From Octopus sinensis (Eukaryota), in contig NC_043020.1 of assembly GCF_006345805.1 (NCBI RefSeq), positions 14,632,001 through 14,696,000 on the forward strand: a DNA stretch of 64,000 nt. The letters run 5' to 3'. A program made the translations under genes and the position numbers. Below, one piece after another: positions 39,316-52,737 of this stretch. Under the pieces are notes generated by a model. That model was not told the DNA's origin. It did no database searches and saw nothing but the letters and a program-made list of their open reading frames with translations. Every line of letters starts with the position of its first letter. Positions within the stretch are counted from its first letter, which is position 1.

Positions 39316-42300
39316 TACACACAAGTACGCATAAATAATTAAACCCACTCAACTGAAACGACACTAGCTATAGTTTCGGTCAGTTTAGCTTCAGCTGATT
39401 GAATTAAATTATTTATACCCTTCTTCCGGTAGTGAGAAGTACATATTCTGTTCTTTGTGTGTGTGTAACAAAATAGTAGGTGATAGATGGATAGATGTGA
39501 TATGTCTAATCAATAGATGCATATAATGATACATAAATTTTTTTTGTGGACCACTTTAGGGTCAAATGAAAATATCCTGTGCAATTCCTCAAATTAGGTT
39601 ATTTCTTTTCAACTTCCTGCACTAACACAAATATTATTATTGGTTTTCATTTGGATGACATTTCTACATTATTTAATCTCTATTTTTCTGTCAATAAATA
39701 CTCTGTCTCTTATATTTACTTAGTAAATCATACATCCCTAGTTAAGCAAATGCTCAACTAGGGATATATGACTCACTAAGTAAATATAAATGCTTTGGTC
39801 TACTGAGAAGGAAACAAGACTGAAAGATATTTAAAGTTGTCTCCCTTACTTTCCAGGAAACCGAGAAAAATATTAGTCATCAAAATGTTCATTTTTTTCT
39901 CACATTTTATTAATTTATTTCTTGTTATTTTTCTTGTTATTTTTTCTAATGCTCCACAAATTAAATATGATTTTGGTAACTTAGCTTTTAGTCCTTTATG
40001 AAGCCTTTTATTCTTATTGTCGGGTAGTCTTCTAGGGGTTATAACCCACAAATGGTATATAGATCAAGGTATATGAGGCGGCAAGCTGGCAGAAATGTTA
40101 GCAGGCTGGGCGAAATGCATAGCTGTATTTTGTCTGCCATTACGTTCTGAGTTCAAATTCCGCCGATGTCAACTTTGCCTTTCATCCTTTCGGGGTCGAT
40201 AAATTAAGTACCAGTTACGCCCTGGGGTTGATGTAATCGACTTAATACCTTTGTCTGTCTTTGTTTGTCCCCTCTGTGTTTAGCCCCTTGTAGGTAGTAA
40301 AGAAATAGGTATATAGATCAAGGTAGAGATATATTCTTATGTTCAAAAAAATTCCAGTACCAAAAGGGAAGAAATTTATCCAGATATACAATTTAAATGT
40401 TACTGAAAGAATCCAGTATTTCCAATAGGGTTTATACCCATGACTGATTAATTTAGAAGTCTAGACCAAATTTCTATCACAATAAGATTCATGTTGCTAG
40501 ACACTTGTTCACACCCAAAAGAACTACATGGGGTTAGTTTTAAATAAGGGTTTCAAGATTTTTTATCAGGTAGGATATGACACTCACAGTTTTCTAGAAA
40601 GTCTCTGTATTTTCATTTTATTCTGTTGGGATCACAATCATGAGGTAGCGATTTCAATTCCCAGACCAGGCTGTGTTGTGTTCTGAAGAAAGACACTTTA
40701 TTTCATGCTGGTCTTCCATAAACAACCTTGCCCAGACTTGTGCCTTGTGAAGGTGCATGGCTTAGTGGTTAGAGTGTTAGGCTCACAATCAGAAGGTAGT
40801 GAGTTCGATTCTTGGACCAGGCTGAGTGTGTTGTGTTCTTAAGTAAGACACTTTATTTCATGTTGCTCCAGTTCACTTAACTGTAGAAATGAGTTGTAAC
40901 ATCACTGGTGCCAAACTGCATTGGCCTTTGCCTTTCCTTTGGATAACATTGGTGACATGGAGAGGAGAGGCCGGTATGCATGGGTGACTGCTGGTCTTCC
41001 ATTAACAACCTTGCCTGGACTTGTTCCTTGGAGTGTAACTTTCTAGGTATAATCCTATGGTCATTCATGACTAAAGGGGGTCTTTAACCTTTTTTTACCC
41101 TTTCTGTTTATGGCTTGGCAGCTTCCTACATCTGCGCTATTCCTTACCATGACTGCAAACAAAAACATATGACTAACATGAATTTTCTTCCCTGGCAACT
41201 TATTATTCACCCCCCACTTGTTCTGTATGTATCTTTCTATCGTTTTACTTGTTTCAGTCAAATGATCACTGCCATGCTGGGGCAGCACCTTGGAAGATTT
41301 ATAGTCAAAAGAGTTGACTCCAGTACTTATTTTTTTAATTTACTTTTTAAGCCTGATACTTACTCTATCAGTCTCTTTGCTGGACTGCTAAGTTATGGGG
41401 ATGTAAACACACTAACACCAGTTGTCAAGGGGTTGTGGGGGCCAAATACAGACACAAAGACACGTACACTCGTGTATATATATATATAATATAATATAAA
41501 TTAGAGATAAAACCACTATTATGCAACTCAAACAGTGATAGACATAAACCAAAATATTGAGATCTAGTTATATGTTTTATAAAAATATATTTTATTTGTT
41601 ATTTATGTTTTGGTTTATGTATATCACTGTTTGAGTTGCATAATAGTGGTTTTATCTCTAATTTATATTTTATATATTTATATTGTGAAATTTGATTTAA
41701 TACTAAATTGAATTTTTCCCTGTAAGTTTGGAGTTATACTCCCTAATATATATAAGTTTCTTTCAGTTTCCATCTACCAAATCCACTCATAAGGCTTTGG
41801 TCAGCCCAAGGTTATAGTAGAAGACACTACTTCAAGGTGCCATTCAATGGGACTGAACCTGGAACCATGTATTTGTGAAGCAAGCTTTCTACCTCACAGC
41901 CATGTCTGTACCTATAAATCTGATGTTTGGGTGATTTCCATCTTGTCACCACATACTTATAAGCATATGTGGCTGAGCTGTAAACATCCATGTGTACACA
42001 CTATTATTTCTAGGGCTACTCCTTCCTGGAGTTGTAGCTTCTATCAAAGTCTCAGGTATGGATTAACTAGCATATGTGATGACAATTCATCTGTGCAGGG
42101 GGATTTAGAAATACCCTTGGCGGCGAGCTGGTATAAGGCGGTGAGCTGGTTAAGGCGACGAGCTGGCAGAAATGTTAGCCTGCCGGGCGAAATGCTTAGT
42201 GGTATTTCATCTGCCGCTGCATTCTGAGTTCAAATTCTATTGAGGTTGACTTTGCCTTTTCGTCCTTTCAGGGTCAATAAATTAAGTACCAGTTACGCAC

Positions 42301-43315
42301 TGGGGGTTGATGTAATCGACTTAATACCTATGTCTGTCCTTGTTTGTCCCCTCTATGTTTAGCCCCTTGTGGGTAATAAAGAAATAGGTATTTCGTCTTC
42401 TGCTACGTTCTGAGTTCAAATTCCGTTGAGGTCCACTTTGCCTTTCATTCTTTCGGGGTCGATTAGATAAGTACCAGTTATGCACTGGGGTCAATATAAA
42501 TCGACTTAATCCGTTCGTCTGTCCTTGTTTGTCCCCTCTCTGTGTAGCCCCTTGTGGGCAGTAAAGAAATAAGAAATATCCTTGTTGATGTCAGGGATGT
42601 AGTAAAATAGTAAAACCACTGGAAGTGAGGGGCCTCAAGCAATTGACGCAGCATCTTTCTAGGAGAGGGACACCCTGATATAAAACCTGCAGTTTTGTAT
42701 GATTTGTGATTATTGGTTATATCTTGCTTCAGCCTGTCAGAAGATACTAATCACAGAGCATCAGAGAATGGTACAAATGTTGTACAAACATAGGTGAAGG
42801 AGTGGTTGTGTGGTAAGTAGCTTGCTTACCAACCACATGGTTCCGGGTTCAGTCCCACTGCGTGGCATCTTGGGCAAATGTCTTCTGCTATAGCCCCGGG
42901 CCGACCAATGCCTTGTGAGTGGATTTGGCAGACGGAAACTGAAAGAAGCCTGTCGTATATATGTATATATATATATGTATGTGTATGTGTATATGTTTGT
43001 GTGTCTATGTTTGTCCCCCCCTAGCATTGCTTGACAACCGATGCTGTGTGTGTTACGTCCCCGTCACTTAGCGGTTCGGCAAAAGAGACTGATAGAATAA
43101 GTACTGGGCTTACGAAAAATAAGTCCCGGGGGTCGATTTTCTCGACTAAAGGCGGTGCTCCAGCATGGCCGCAGTCAAATGACTGAAACAAGTAAAAGAG
43201 TAAAAGAGAAAAAACATTCATCGTTACAATGTACAGATGTCTCTTTATGACGACCTCGTTTGTTATTCCATTTACTGAAAATCTTATGGTGTTAGAAGTA
43301 CGGTAATGTGTGCAG

Positions 43316-43692
43316 GGAGGCGCAATGGCCCAGTGGTTAGGGCACGGACTCGCGGTCATAGATCACGTTTCGATACCCAGACCGGGCGTTGTGAGTGTTT
43401 ATTGAGCGAAAACACCTAAAGCTCCACGAGGCTCCGGCAGGGGATGGTGGTGATCCCTGCTGTACTCTTTCACCACAACTTACTCTCACTCTTACTTCTT
43501 GTTTCTGTTGTACCTGTATTTCAAGGGGCCGGCCTTGTCACTCTCTGTGTCATGCTGAATATCCCCGAGAACTACGTTAAGGGTACACGTGTCTGTGGAG
43601 TGCTCAGCCACTTGCACGTTAGTTTCACGAGCAGGCTGTTCCGTTGATTCGGATCAACTGGAACCCTCATCGTCGTAACCGACGGAGTGCTT
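43316..43692 (+). mobile_element. tRNA-derived SINE family C (ggaggcgcaatggcccagtggttagggc...); representative copy
   Basis: tRNA-like head with A/B boxes; related copies at ~8440-8582(-), 38737-39107(-), 60840-61142(-); body shared with ~23450-23760. Confidence 0.82.
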
Positions 43693-43894
43693 CCACCAGT
43701 ATTACAGAAGTACGGTAATGTGTGCAGACTTAACCAGTTGGAATAATTGTCCATGTATTATTTATTGCTAATTTTTTGCTTGAGAGATTCATTTTAATAC
43801 AATAAATTGCTTTTCCTCTGATTAAAGAAAATGTTCTTTTTGTTGCTAAACTTTTTGGTGGGACTAATATCACCCCCCACACCTCCCCACATAC

Positions 43895-45738
43895 ACAAAC
43901 AAAGCAATTAAGGATATGAAGGTAGGGAAGAGAAAGCTTTTGGTCCATCAGGAATTACTACTGAGATGCTCAAAATATCTGGCAAAGTAGGAAAAGGCAT
44001 AGCTAGCTGTATAATTAATTAGGTTGTACAGAAAAGTGTTATTCTCAATGACTGGTGTAGTAAAATTATAATTAACTGCTACAAGGGTAAAGGTGATACT
44101 TTAGAGAGAAGTAATTACAGAGACATCAAACTGTTGGACCAGTCATGAATGTTATAGAAAGATTTATAGCTCTGCTAATTAGGAAGAGAGTTAGACTAGA
44201 TGAAATGCAGTTTGGTTTTATGCCAGAGAGAAGTACTACAGATGCCATCTTCCTAGTTAGTCAACTACAAGAGAAGTAATTAGCTAAAAGTAAGCCATTG
44301 TACTTCGCATTTGTTGACCTGGAGAAAGCTTTCAACAGGGTCCCTCACTTCCTGATCTGGTAGTTACTGCAGAAGCTAGGTGTATACTCTCTTACTCTTT
44401 TACTTGTTTCAGTCATTTGTCTGTGGCCATGCTGGAGCACCACCTTTAATCGAGCAACTCGACCCCGGGACTTATTCTTTGTAAGCCCAGTACTTATTCT
44501 ATCGGTCTCTTTTTGCCGAACCACTAAGTTGCTGGGACATAAACACACCAGCATCAGTTATCAAGCAATGCTAGGGGGACAAACACAGACACACAAACAT
44601 ACACACACATATATACATTTATACGATGGGCTTCTTTCAGTTTCCGTCTACCAAATCCACTCACAAGGCTTTGGTCGGCCCGAGGCTATAGTAGAAGACA
44701 CTTGCCCAAGGTGCCACGCAGTGGGACTGAACCCAGAACCATGTGGTTGGTAAGCAAGCTACTTACCACACAGCCACTCCTGCGCCTATATGAATGGCTG
44801 ACGAGAGCTGCCTATGCCATGTGCAGGGGTGCTATCGGTAAGGTGGATGATATCAATGAATACAATGACAAATTTAGTGTACAGGTAGGACTTCACTAGG
44901 GCGCAGCTCTCAGTACCCTCCTACTCATTATAGTCCTTTGGGCTATAACAAAAGGATTTAAGACTGGCTGCCGTGGAAACTACTATATGTTGATGACCTT
45001 GTTCCCATAGCAGAATCTGTCATAGAATTAGAAAAGAAATTCTAGGTGTTGAAGCAAAAACTGGAATCAAAGGACCTTCACTGTTTAGCATTTAAACTGG
45101 CCATATCCGGCCCAAATTTTCTACTTCTTTTATGTTCAAACTGTCTAGATCTGGCCTTTCACTCATATCCTACAATGACATCCTCAAAATAAACCATCTC
45201 ATCATCAAATTCTCAGAACTACAAGATAATGCAGGATTAATTCAAAACAATGTGAATGAAAAAGCATTATATTTGACAGAGTAATCTGAATGCTAAAGGG
45301 TTAAAGCTAACTAACTTAGCAAAGATCAAAGTTTTTTGCAAGTAGGAAAATAGACCAGCCACTAATCTCTTTGGGAAAATGCCACAGCTCAGTATGTAGA
45401 AAAGGTGTTGGTAGAAATTCCATGAAGTGTACCCAGTGCAAAATATGGACATGCAAAAGTTGCAGCGGAATCACACAGATATTAACAGAGAAAGTAGACT
45501 TTGTATGTGGAAGGTATGCAGAAGCAATAAATACTGAAAACATGCAGAAAATAGATTTCCTTGAACTCCCAGAAAGTTTCCTAGAGGTAGTAGATAGTTT
45601 CTGTTATCTAGGTGGCGTTAGGAAGGGCATCCAGCCGTAGAAACACTGCCAGATCTGACTGGGCCTGATGAAGCCTTCCAGCTTCACAGACCCCAGTTGA
45701 ACCGTCCAACCCATGCTAGCATGGAAAACGGACGCTAA

Positions 45739-45769
<31 letters not shown>

Positions 45770-46215
45770 GGTGGCCTAATTAGCAATGGAAAAGGATGCT
45801 CTGAAAGTATAGTTGCTAAAATACAAATTGGATGGAGAAAGTTCTGAAAACTTTTATCTCTGTTGATAACAAAAGGCCTAACTTTCAGAATGAAAAGAAG
45901 ATTGTATAATGTATGAACAGCAATGCTACATGGTAGTGTGAAATGAGCCTTGAATGCAGAGGACATGTGAAAACTAGGGAGGAATGAAGCTAGCATGCTC
46001 TGCTGGATGTGCAATGTCAGTGCACATGTACAGCAGAGTGTAAATGTGTTGAGAGAAAAATTGGGCATAAAAGGCATCATATGTGGAGTGCAAGAGAGAT
46101 GAATGAGCTGGTTTGGTCATGTAATGTGTATGAATAAGGGTAGCTGCATAACGAGGTGCTGATCACAAAATGTGGATGGAACTTGTGGAAGAAGGAGACC
46201 CAAGAAGACATGAGA
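43895..46215 (+). mobile_element. Degenerate RTE-clade LINE (RT plus Cys-rich finger), interrupted by a SINE, a MITE and a (GAT)n SINE
   Basis: NYRDIKLL, QFGFMPERSTTDAIF, FVDLEKAFNRVP, YVDDLV motifs with stops/frameshifts; RKGVGRNSMKCTQCKIWTCKSC; insertions at ~44388-44787, ~45082-45304, ~45612-45768. Confidence 0.88.
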
Positions 46216-48871
46216 GAAAGTAATATAATATGAAATTATTGTATACAGTGCTCAGGTGCACCACAGCTGTATTATCCTTTGCCTTTCCCTTGGACAACAT
46301 CGATAGCATGGAGAGGGGAGACAGGTATGTATGTGTGACTGCTTGTCTTCCACAAAGCAAACTTGTCTGGACTTGTACCCTGGAGGGGAACTTGCTAGGT
46401 ACGATCACAAAGTCATTCATGACTAAAGGGAGTATTACTTTTAGTATAATAATAATGATAATAATGATAATAATAATAACAATGAAATTATTGTATACAG
46501 TGCTCAGGTGCACCACAACTTGTCAAAAGTGCATATTAAGTATATGCAGTAATGTACAAATGTCTGGAAAGCGAACAATGTATGAGTCAGATACATGCTT
46601 GAGTGTGTATGGAGGGGAGAAAATCAGGTGCAGTGTTGGCGAATCTCAGGAAGCATGGAAGTTTTGAAGGATGAGACAAATGGCAGTTAGCTGTTCTCCA
46701 GAAGATCACAAGTGGTATCTTGGAGTGTTGTGTATTGTTAATAATTTAAGGTTTTAGAAAATCTCTAAAATCATAATTTTGTTAACCCTTTAGCGTTCAC
46801 ATTAATTCATCAATTGTAATGCTTATTTATCCACATTATTTCAAATTAATTCTGCATTATCTCATAGCTTCGTGATTTTGATGATGTGATTGTCTATGTT
46901 TAGAATGACACTGTAGGGTAGGTGTGAGAGGTCAGATCTGGCCTGTTTGAACATAAAATACATCAAATATTTGGGCCGGATTGGCCTGTTTGAATGCTAA
47001 AGGGTTAAACACATCATCATTTAATATCCATTTCTCATCTTGGCATGGGTTGGATGGCTTGACAGGAACTGGTAAGACCAAGGGCTGCACCAGGTTCCAT
47101 AGTCTGTTTTGGCTTGATTTCAATGGTTGGATGCCCTTCCTAATGCCAACCATTCCACAGAATGTACAGGGTACTTTTTACATGGTGCCATCACCAGTAC
47201 TTTTTACGGGGTACCAGCACCCACACGAATGCTTTTTACATGGCACCTTGGTTTTAGGATCTCAGTTCTGTTGTGGTGGGCAGGTCTTCTTGAGTACAGT
47301 AATGTGCCACATGACTTGGTCTTCTGTCGTATCCTTTGTAAGGTTCAACATTTTGAGATCGGACCACAATACATCATCCCAGGTCTTCCTGGATCTCCCA
47401 TTCCCACAACTTCCAGAAATAAATCAAAGTAAACAATAGTTTTCATTTTTTTTTTTTAAATCTTTAACTTCAAAACATTGTTTTTCGGAACTTCCTCTTC
47501 AAAACATCATCATCATCATCATCATCAACGTTTAACGTCCGCTTTCCATGCTAGCATGGGTTGGACGGTTCGACTGGGGTCTGGGAAGCCAGGAGGCTGC
47601 ACCAGGCCCAGTCTGATCTGGCAGTGTTTCTACAGCTGGATGCCCTTCCTAATGCCAAACACTCCATGAGTGTAGTGGGTGCTTTTACATGCCAGGCAAG
47701 GCTGGCAATGGCCACGATTGGATGGTTTCCTTTTTATGTGCCACCGGCACGGAGGCCAGTTGGGGCAGCGCTGGCAACAGCCACATTTGGATGGTTTTCT
47801 TACGTGCAACCGGTACTGGTATCGCAACTACAATTTCCATTGATTTTTGAACGATTTTGATTTCGAACCTTTCAAGTACCACAAATTTTACCTGAAGTAT
47901 TATTTTATAAAAAAGATATTTAAATCAAAGAAAAAAAACAGAAAATAGTTTACAAATAGTTATAAAATGTTAAACATGAAGAATTAAACATGTAAGTTTA
48001 TTAACAATAATTCATTTTTATTTATTAGTGAAAAAAAAAACAAAAAATGTCAGCCATGTCTTCCCCACCATCACATTAAACTTTAACTTTCTGTTAAAAA
48101 TTCATTTTGTCTGTAATAATAAATTAATAATCATGTTTTCATTGAATAATTTAATTTTAGCTGCAATAATAAATTAATAAATAAAGTTTGACTATAACAA
48201 TAAAATGAATATTTTTTTTTCTGTAATAAACTAATTTTATCTGTAATAATAACACATTAAATGTGTATGCGTGTGTGTGTGTGTGTGTGTGTATGTGGGT
48301 GTGGAATAAATTACCGATTCCAGTGAATGGTAAATGGTGCAGAAATAAATTTTCTGATTCAACCAAATTCCTGACATGGTTTGAATTTCCAGCTGGTACC
48401 ATTTCACTCTTGTTTCATGTGAAAGAAGGCACAAACATCACAACTTCCATTTTTCCTTCTCTCATAAAGTCAAAGTTTTTATTCCCTCGTCAATAATAAA
48501 AAAAAAAGAGAAAAAAAACGGCATTCAATTAGCAACTTCTGTCAGTAAATTCTTAAATCTTTTGTGTTCTTCAATTATATTTTTTTGATATTTCTTTTAT
48601 TTTTAAAAATTTTCTGTTTTTTTTTTTTAGGGTGGTTTTAATTATTAAAAATTTTTTTCATTGTAACAAATACTTATTATTATGATTATGATCATTATTA
48701 TTATTTGGTCTGGAAACAGAAATTCAAACCATTTCTTATAAACATCTACACACACATACACATACACATCTATACCTGTACACAGTCTCTCACCTTGCAT
48801 ACTTTGTCTCACTATCCCTTGCGGTTGCTCTCATCCCTCTCAACTTTATCATTCACAGTACAGTATGGGGC

Positions 48872-49572
48872 CTACACATATTTAGGGGTTGGTAGACTGA
48901 TAAATCCATGACAAGTGTGTGAACTGCCACAGTTTTTCGTTTTCCGGAACATTCTGCGAACTTGCTGGCGGAACCTCTTGTTCAGAAGCCAATACATAAC
49001 GGGATTGATGGCGCTGTGAGAATGTCCTAGCCACAGCGCGTAACGCAGTAAATCCAACTGGTTCCACGCGCTGCCCCAAATATCACTTATTAGCGAAACA
49101 ATGTTGTAAGGTAACCAGCACACCATAAATATCAGCACCAGTATGATGAGCATCCTTGCAGCTTTCCTGCGACTAATCAGACGTTTTGTGCTGCAGTCTG
49201 AATTCTCGCGTTGCATTTCCTGCTTGCAGACATATTTAAATACTCGAATATAACACAAAAACAGTGTGGTTGATGGAATGATGTAAACTACAAAGAACAA
49301 GAAGATGGCATAAGCTTCACGGTCAGTACTTTGAGGCCAATTTTCAATACAAAATGACATGGGTTCTAATGAAGGCAGAACAAGGACATCGATCTCACGA
49401 ATGAACAGTAATGGTCCCATGATCAAAGCAGCCAGCACCCAAATTGTAATTATAATGACAATGGCTTGTTGAGGACTTGTGGTTCGTTGAGTGCTGTGTG
49501 CGTATTGTAAAGAGAGGTAGCGATCCACAGACATCACCATCAATGTAAAAATGCTGTTTGTTATTGCAACAC
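48872..49572 (-). CDS. Terminal exon of a rhodopsin-like (class A) neuropeptide GPCR, orexin/NPFF-SIFamide/QRFP-like group; TM3-TM7 and C-tail
   Basis: ttttattcAG acceptor before 49572 (phase 1, G|VAITNSIFTLMVMSVDRY); DRY, ECL2 FCIENWP, TM6 CWLPY, TM7 SAINPVMY; TAG stop; upstream exon not found. Confidence 0.92.
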
Positions 49573-49781
49573 CTGAATAAAAGAGAAAATAGAGATATCA
49601 ATCTCCTGTAGACACTTTGACAGTTTGTAGATCAATCATCATTATATTCTATATTAATAATATTTTAAATTGGTTTTCAAAGTTTTTGGCACAAGGCCAG
49701 AAATTTCGGGGAGTGGGGTTCAAGTCAATTACATCAATTCCATTACTCTGCTGGTACTTATTTTAATAATAATAATATATA

Positions 49782-50222
49782 ATGAAATTATTGTATACAG
49801 TGCTCAGGTGCACCACAACTTGTCAAAAGTGTATATAAAGTATATGCAGTAATGTACAAATGACTGAGAAGCAAACAATGTATGAGTCAGATACATGCTT
49901 GTGTGTGTATGGAGGGGAGAAAATCAGGTGTAGTGTTGGCGAATCTCAGGAAGCATGGAAGTTTTGAAGGATGCAGTGCTCCAACAACTAACAACTGATG
50001 CCAGCAGTTTGTTCCATGCTTCAGCAACTCTCAGCGTGAAAAAATGTTTCCGAAAGTCATGGGAGCTGTGCTGTTTTCTGACTTTGCAAATATGCCCACG
50101 GGTGTTAGACGGGTGGAGTTTGAAAAGGTGCTCAGAGTTATTGTTTTTAAGATGGTTAATAATTTTATGGGTGTCTGCCAAGTCAGCTGCCAGACATCGG
50201 AGTTTCAATGTGTCCATGCCCA
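49782..50222 (-). mobile_element. CR1-clade LINE 3' end with (ATT)n tail; other copies at ~23815-24095 (+), ~29135-29460 (-), ~46480-46670 (-), ~51880-52155 (+)
   Basis: SNTRGH..KV.KQHS..DFRKHFFTLRVAEAWNKL...VV...FK; shared 3' UTR ending gtgcacctgagcactgtatacaataatttcattatt. Confidence 0.85.
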
Positions 50223-52703
50223 ATTGACTTTGAAAGGATGAAAGGCAAAGTCAGCCTAAATAGAATTTTAATTCAGAACATAAGAAGCCAAAAGAAATAC
50301 CATTTAGCATTTTGTCCAGTGTGGTAACAATTCTGCTAGCTCTGAGTTCAAATTCCACTGAGGTTGACTTTGCCTTTCATCCTTTCGGGGTCAATAAATA
50401 AAGTACCAGTTTCGCACTGGGGTCGATGTAATCGACTTAATCCCTTTGTCTCTCTTTGTTTGTCCCCTCTGTGTTTAGCCCCTTGTGGGTAGTAAAGAAA
50501 TTTATATTAATCCTTTGGGCCTGTAACACCGGTTTAGCAGTGGATGGCTTATTTTTCTCTATACCGTAGCACTAGTGGAGTGCCAGGTATATGGCAAAAT
50601 AAAGTTCAGAATGTCAGGACTCAAAGGGTTAATAATATATATAATTAAAGATGACAAGCTGGCAGAATTGTTAGTATGCTGGGCAAAATGCTTAGTGATA
50701 TTCCATCCATCTTTATGTTCTGAGTTCAAATTCTGCTGAGGTTGACTTTGCCTTTCATCCTTTTGGGGTTGATAAAATAAGTGCCAGTCAAGCACTGGGG
50801 TTGATGTAATTGATTTAGCTCTTCTCCTGAAATTGCTGGCCTTGTGCCAAAATTTGAAACCAATATTAATAAAATAATGAAACATTAACTCTTTTGTTAC
50901 TAACCCGGCTGAAACCGGCTCTGGCTCTGAGTACAAATGTTTTGTTTTCATATATAAAAGATAATACAAAAATACACCAACCAGAAGATAAAACAATATT
51001 ACTTGTGTTATAATTAACAGTTTTAAACCAATTAACATGAGTAATATAAAGTTGCCTTTATAGCATAAAATTCTTGTTAACCCTTTCGTTACCAACCCGG
51101 CTGAAACCGGCTCTGGCTCTGAGTACAAATGTCTTGTTTTCAAAAGTTTTGAATTAAAATCTTCCACCAAACCTTAGTCACAATTTATGTTCCTAATACT
51201 AGCTTAATGGTAACTAAGTTATTTTACTAAATTCTTAGTTATATTTAAAGTAATTGAAGGAAACACAGAGCATCTCAAAATAAATACAGTAACGAAAGGG
51301 TTAATATAACAAAGTGTAATTATTAATAATAATACAATACAGCTGTTATATGATGGTGTGTGAAACTCAATTACCTTCACATTCCTCTTTCAACAATTGG
51401 TTTTGAACTTTGTCCAATAAAACATACATTTTACTTATGCTATACAGATGTGATGATTAGATAATCATCTGTTAAGACATACCTATCCATTAATGAAAAC
51501 ACGGAGGCCTGGGTGAACAATTCAAGTTTATTACATTCGTGTCTAATGGTGTTCATGAATGTAAATGAAGTAACTGATGTATTTAAAACTCAATCAAATT
51601 CATGGTTCATGTGGAACTTTCTTCTGCTCTCAAAGATATTCACAATTGGATGCAGGTATGCCGTGGTTTGATTTGCATTCAAGTTTCAAGTTCAAGCATT
51701 CGCTTGAGGCATGTGTAGTGAGTAGAATCTGTAGAGGAGAAACCATTTAGTAACCTATCAGATGAACTGTTCTTGTTCTGGAATGGTAGACCTTATTTGT
51801 TACCATCATGTGGCCTTTGAAGAACTTTAACCAAAATCCATTCTGTTATAAATCTTTGTCAGTGTTGTCAACATTTTTTTTTTCATGCTGAGAGTTGCTG
51901 AAGCATGGAACAAACTGCCGGCATCAATTGTTAGTTGTCGGAGCACTGCATCCTTCAAAACCTCCATGCTTTCTGAGATTCACCAACACTACACCTGATT
52001 TCCTTCCCTCCATACACACACAAGCATGTATCTGACTCATACATTGTTCACTTTCCAGACATTTGTACATTACTGCATATACTTTATACACACTTTCTGA
52101 CAAGTTGTGGTGCACCTGAGCACTGTATACAATAATTTCATTATTATTATTATTATTGGCGTCTGTTGTCATCATTCAATGTTCATTTTCCCATGCTGGC
52201 ATGGGTTAGATGGTTTGAATGGAGCTGGTAAGCTGGAGGTCTGCACCAGGCTCTAGTCATCTGTTTTGGTTTGATTTCTACAGCTGGATGTTCTTCCTAA
52301 TGACAACCACTTTGCAAAGTGTACTGGGTGACTTTTATGTGTCACTAGCGAGGTGCCTTTTACATGTCTCTGACACTGGCCATGACAACAATTTCACTTA
52401 GCTGGTAAAGATAAATTCCTCTTTTCCTCCCAACAGTTTTCAAGGACCTGAAAATACTCTGGCCCTTCTCCTTATGACTAAGATATAAATATATAGATAG
52501 GCACAGGTATGGCTGTGTGGTTAGGAGGCTTGCTTCCCAGCTACATGGTTTTGGGTTCAGTCCTACTGCATGACACTTTGGGCAAGTGTCTTCTGCTATA
52601 GCCCTGGGCTGACTGAAGCTTTGTGATTGAATTTGGTAGGTGGAACTTAACTGCCAAGTGTGTATATGTGTGTGTAGGTGCTTGTACCTCTCCAAGAAAG
52701 AGA

Positions 52704-52737
<34 letters not shown>

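Noticed and set aside
43316-43390. tRNA genes at SINE heads
   Set aside because: No complete cloverleaf or acceptor stem; sequences continue into SINE bodies present in many copies
51370-51420. Candidate upstream GPCR exon (minus-strand GAAG|GTAAT donor)
   Set aside because: The in-phase translation (KVQNQLLKEECE) has no TM2/TM3 or WxFG..C character
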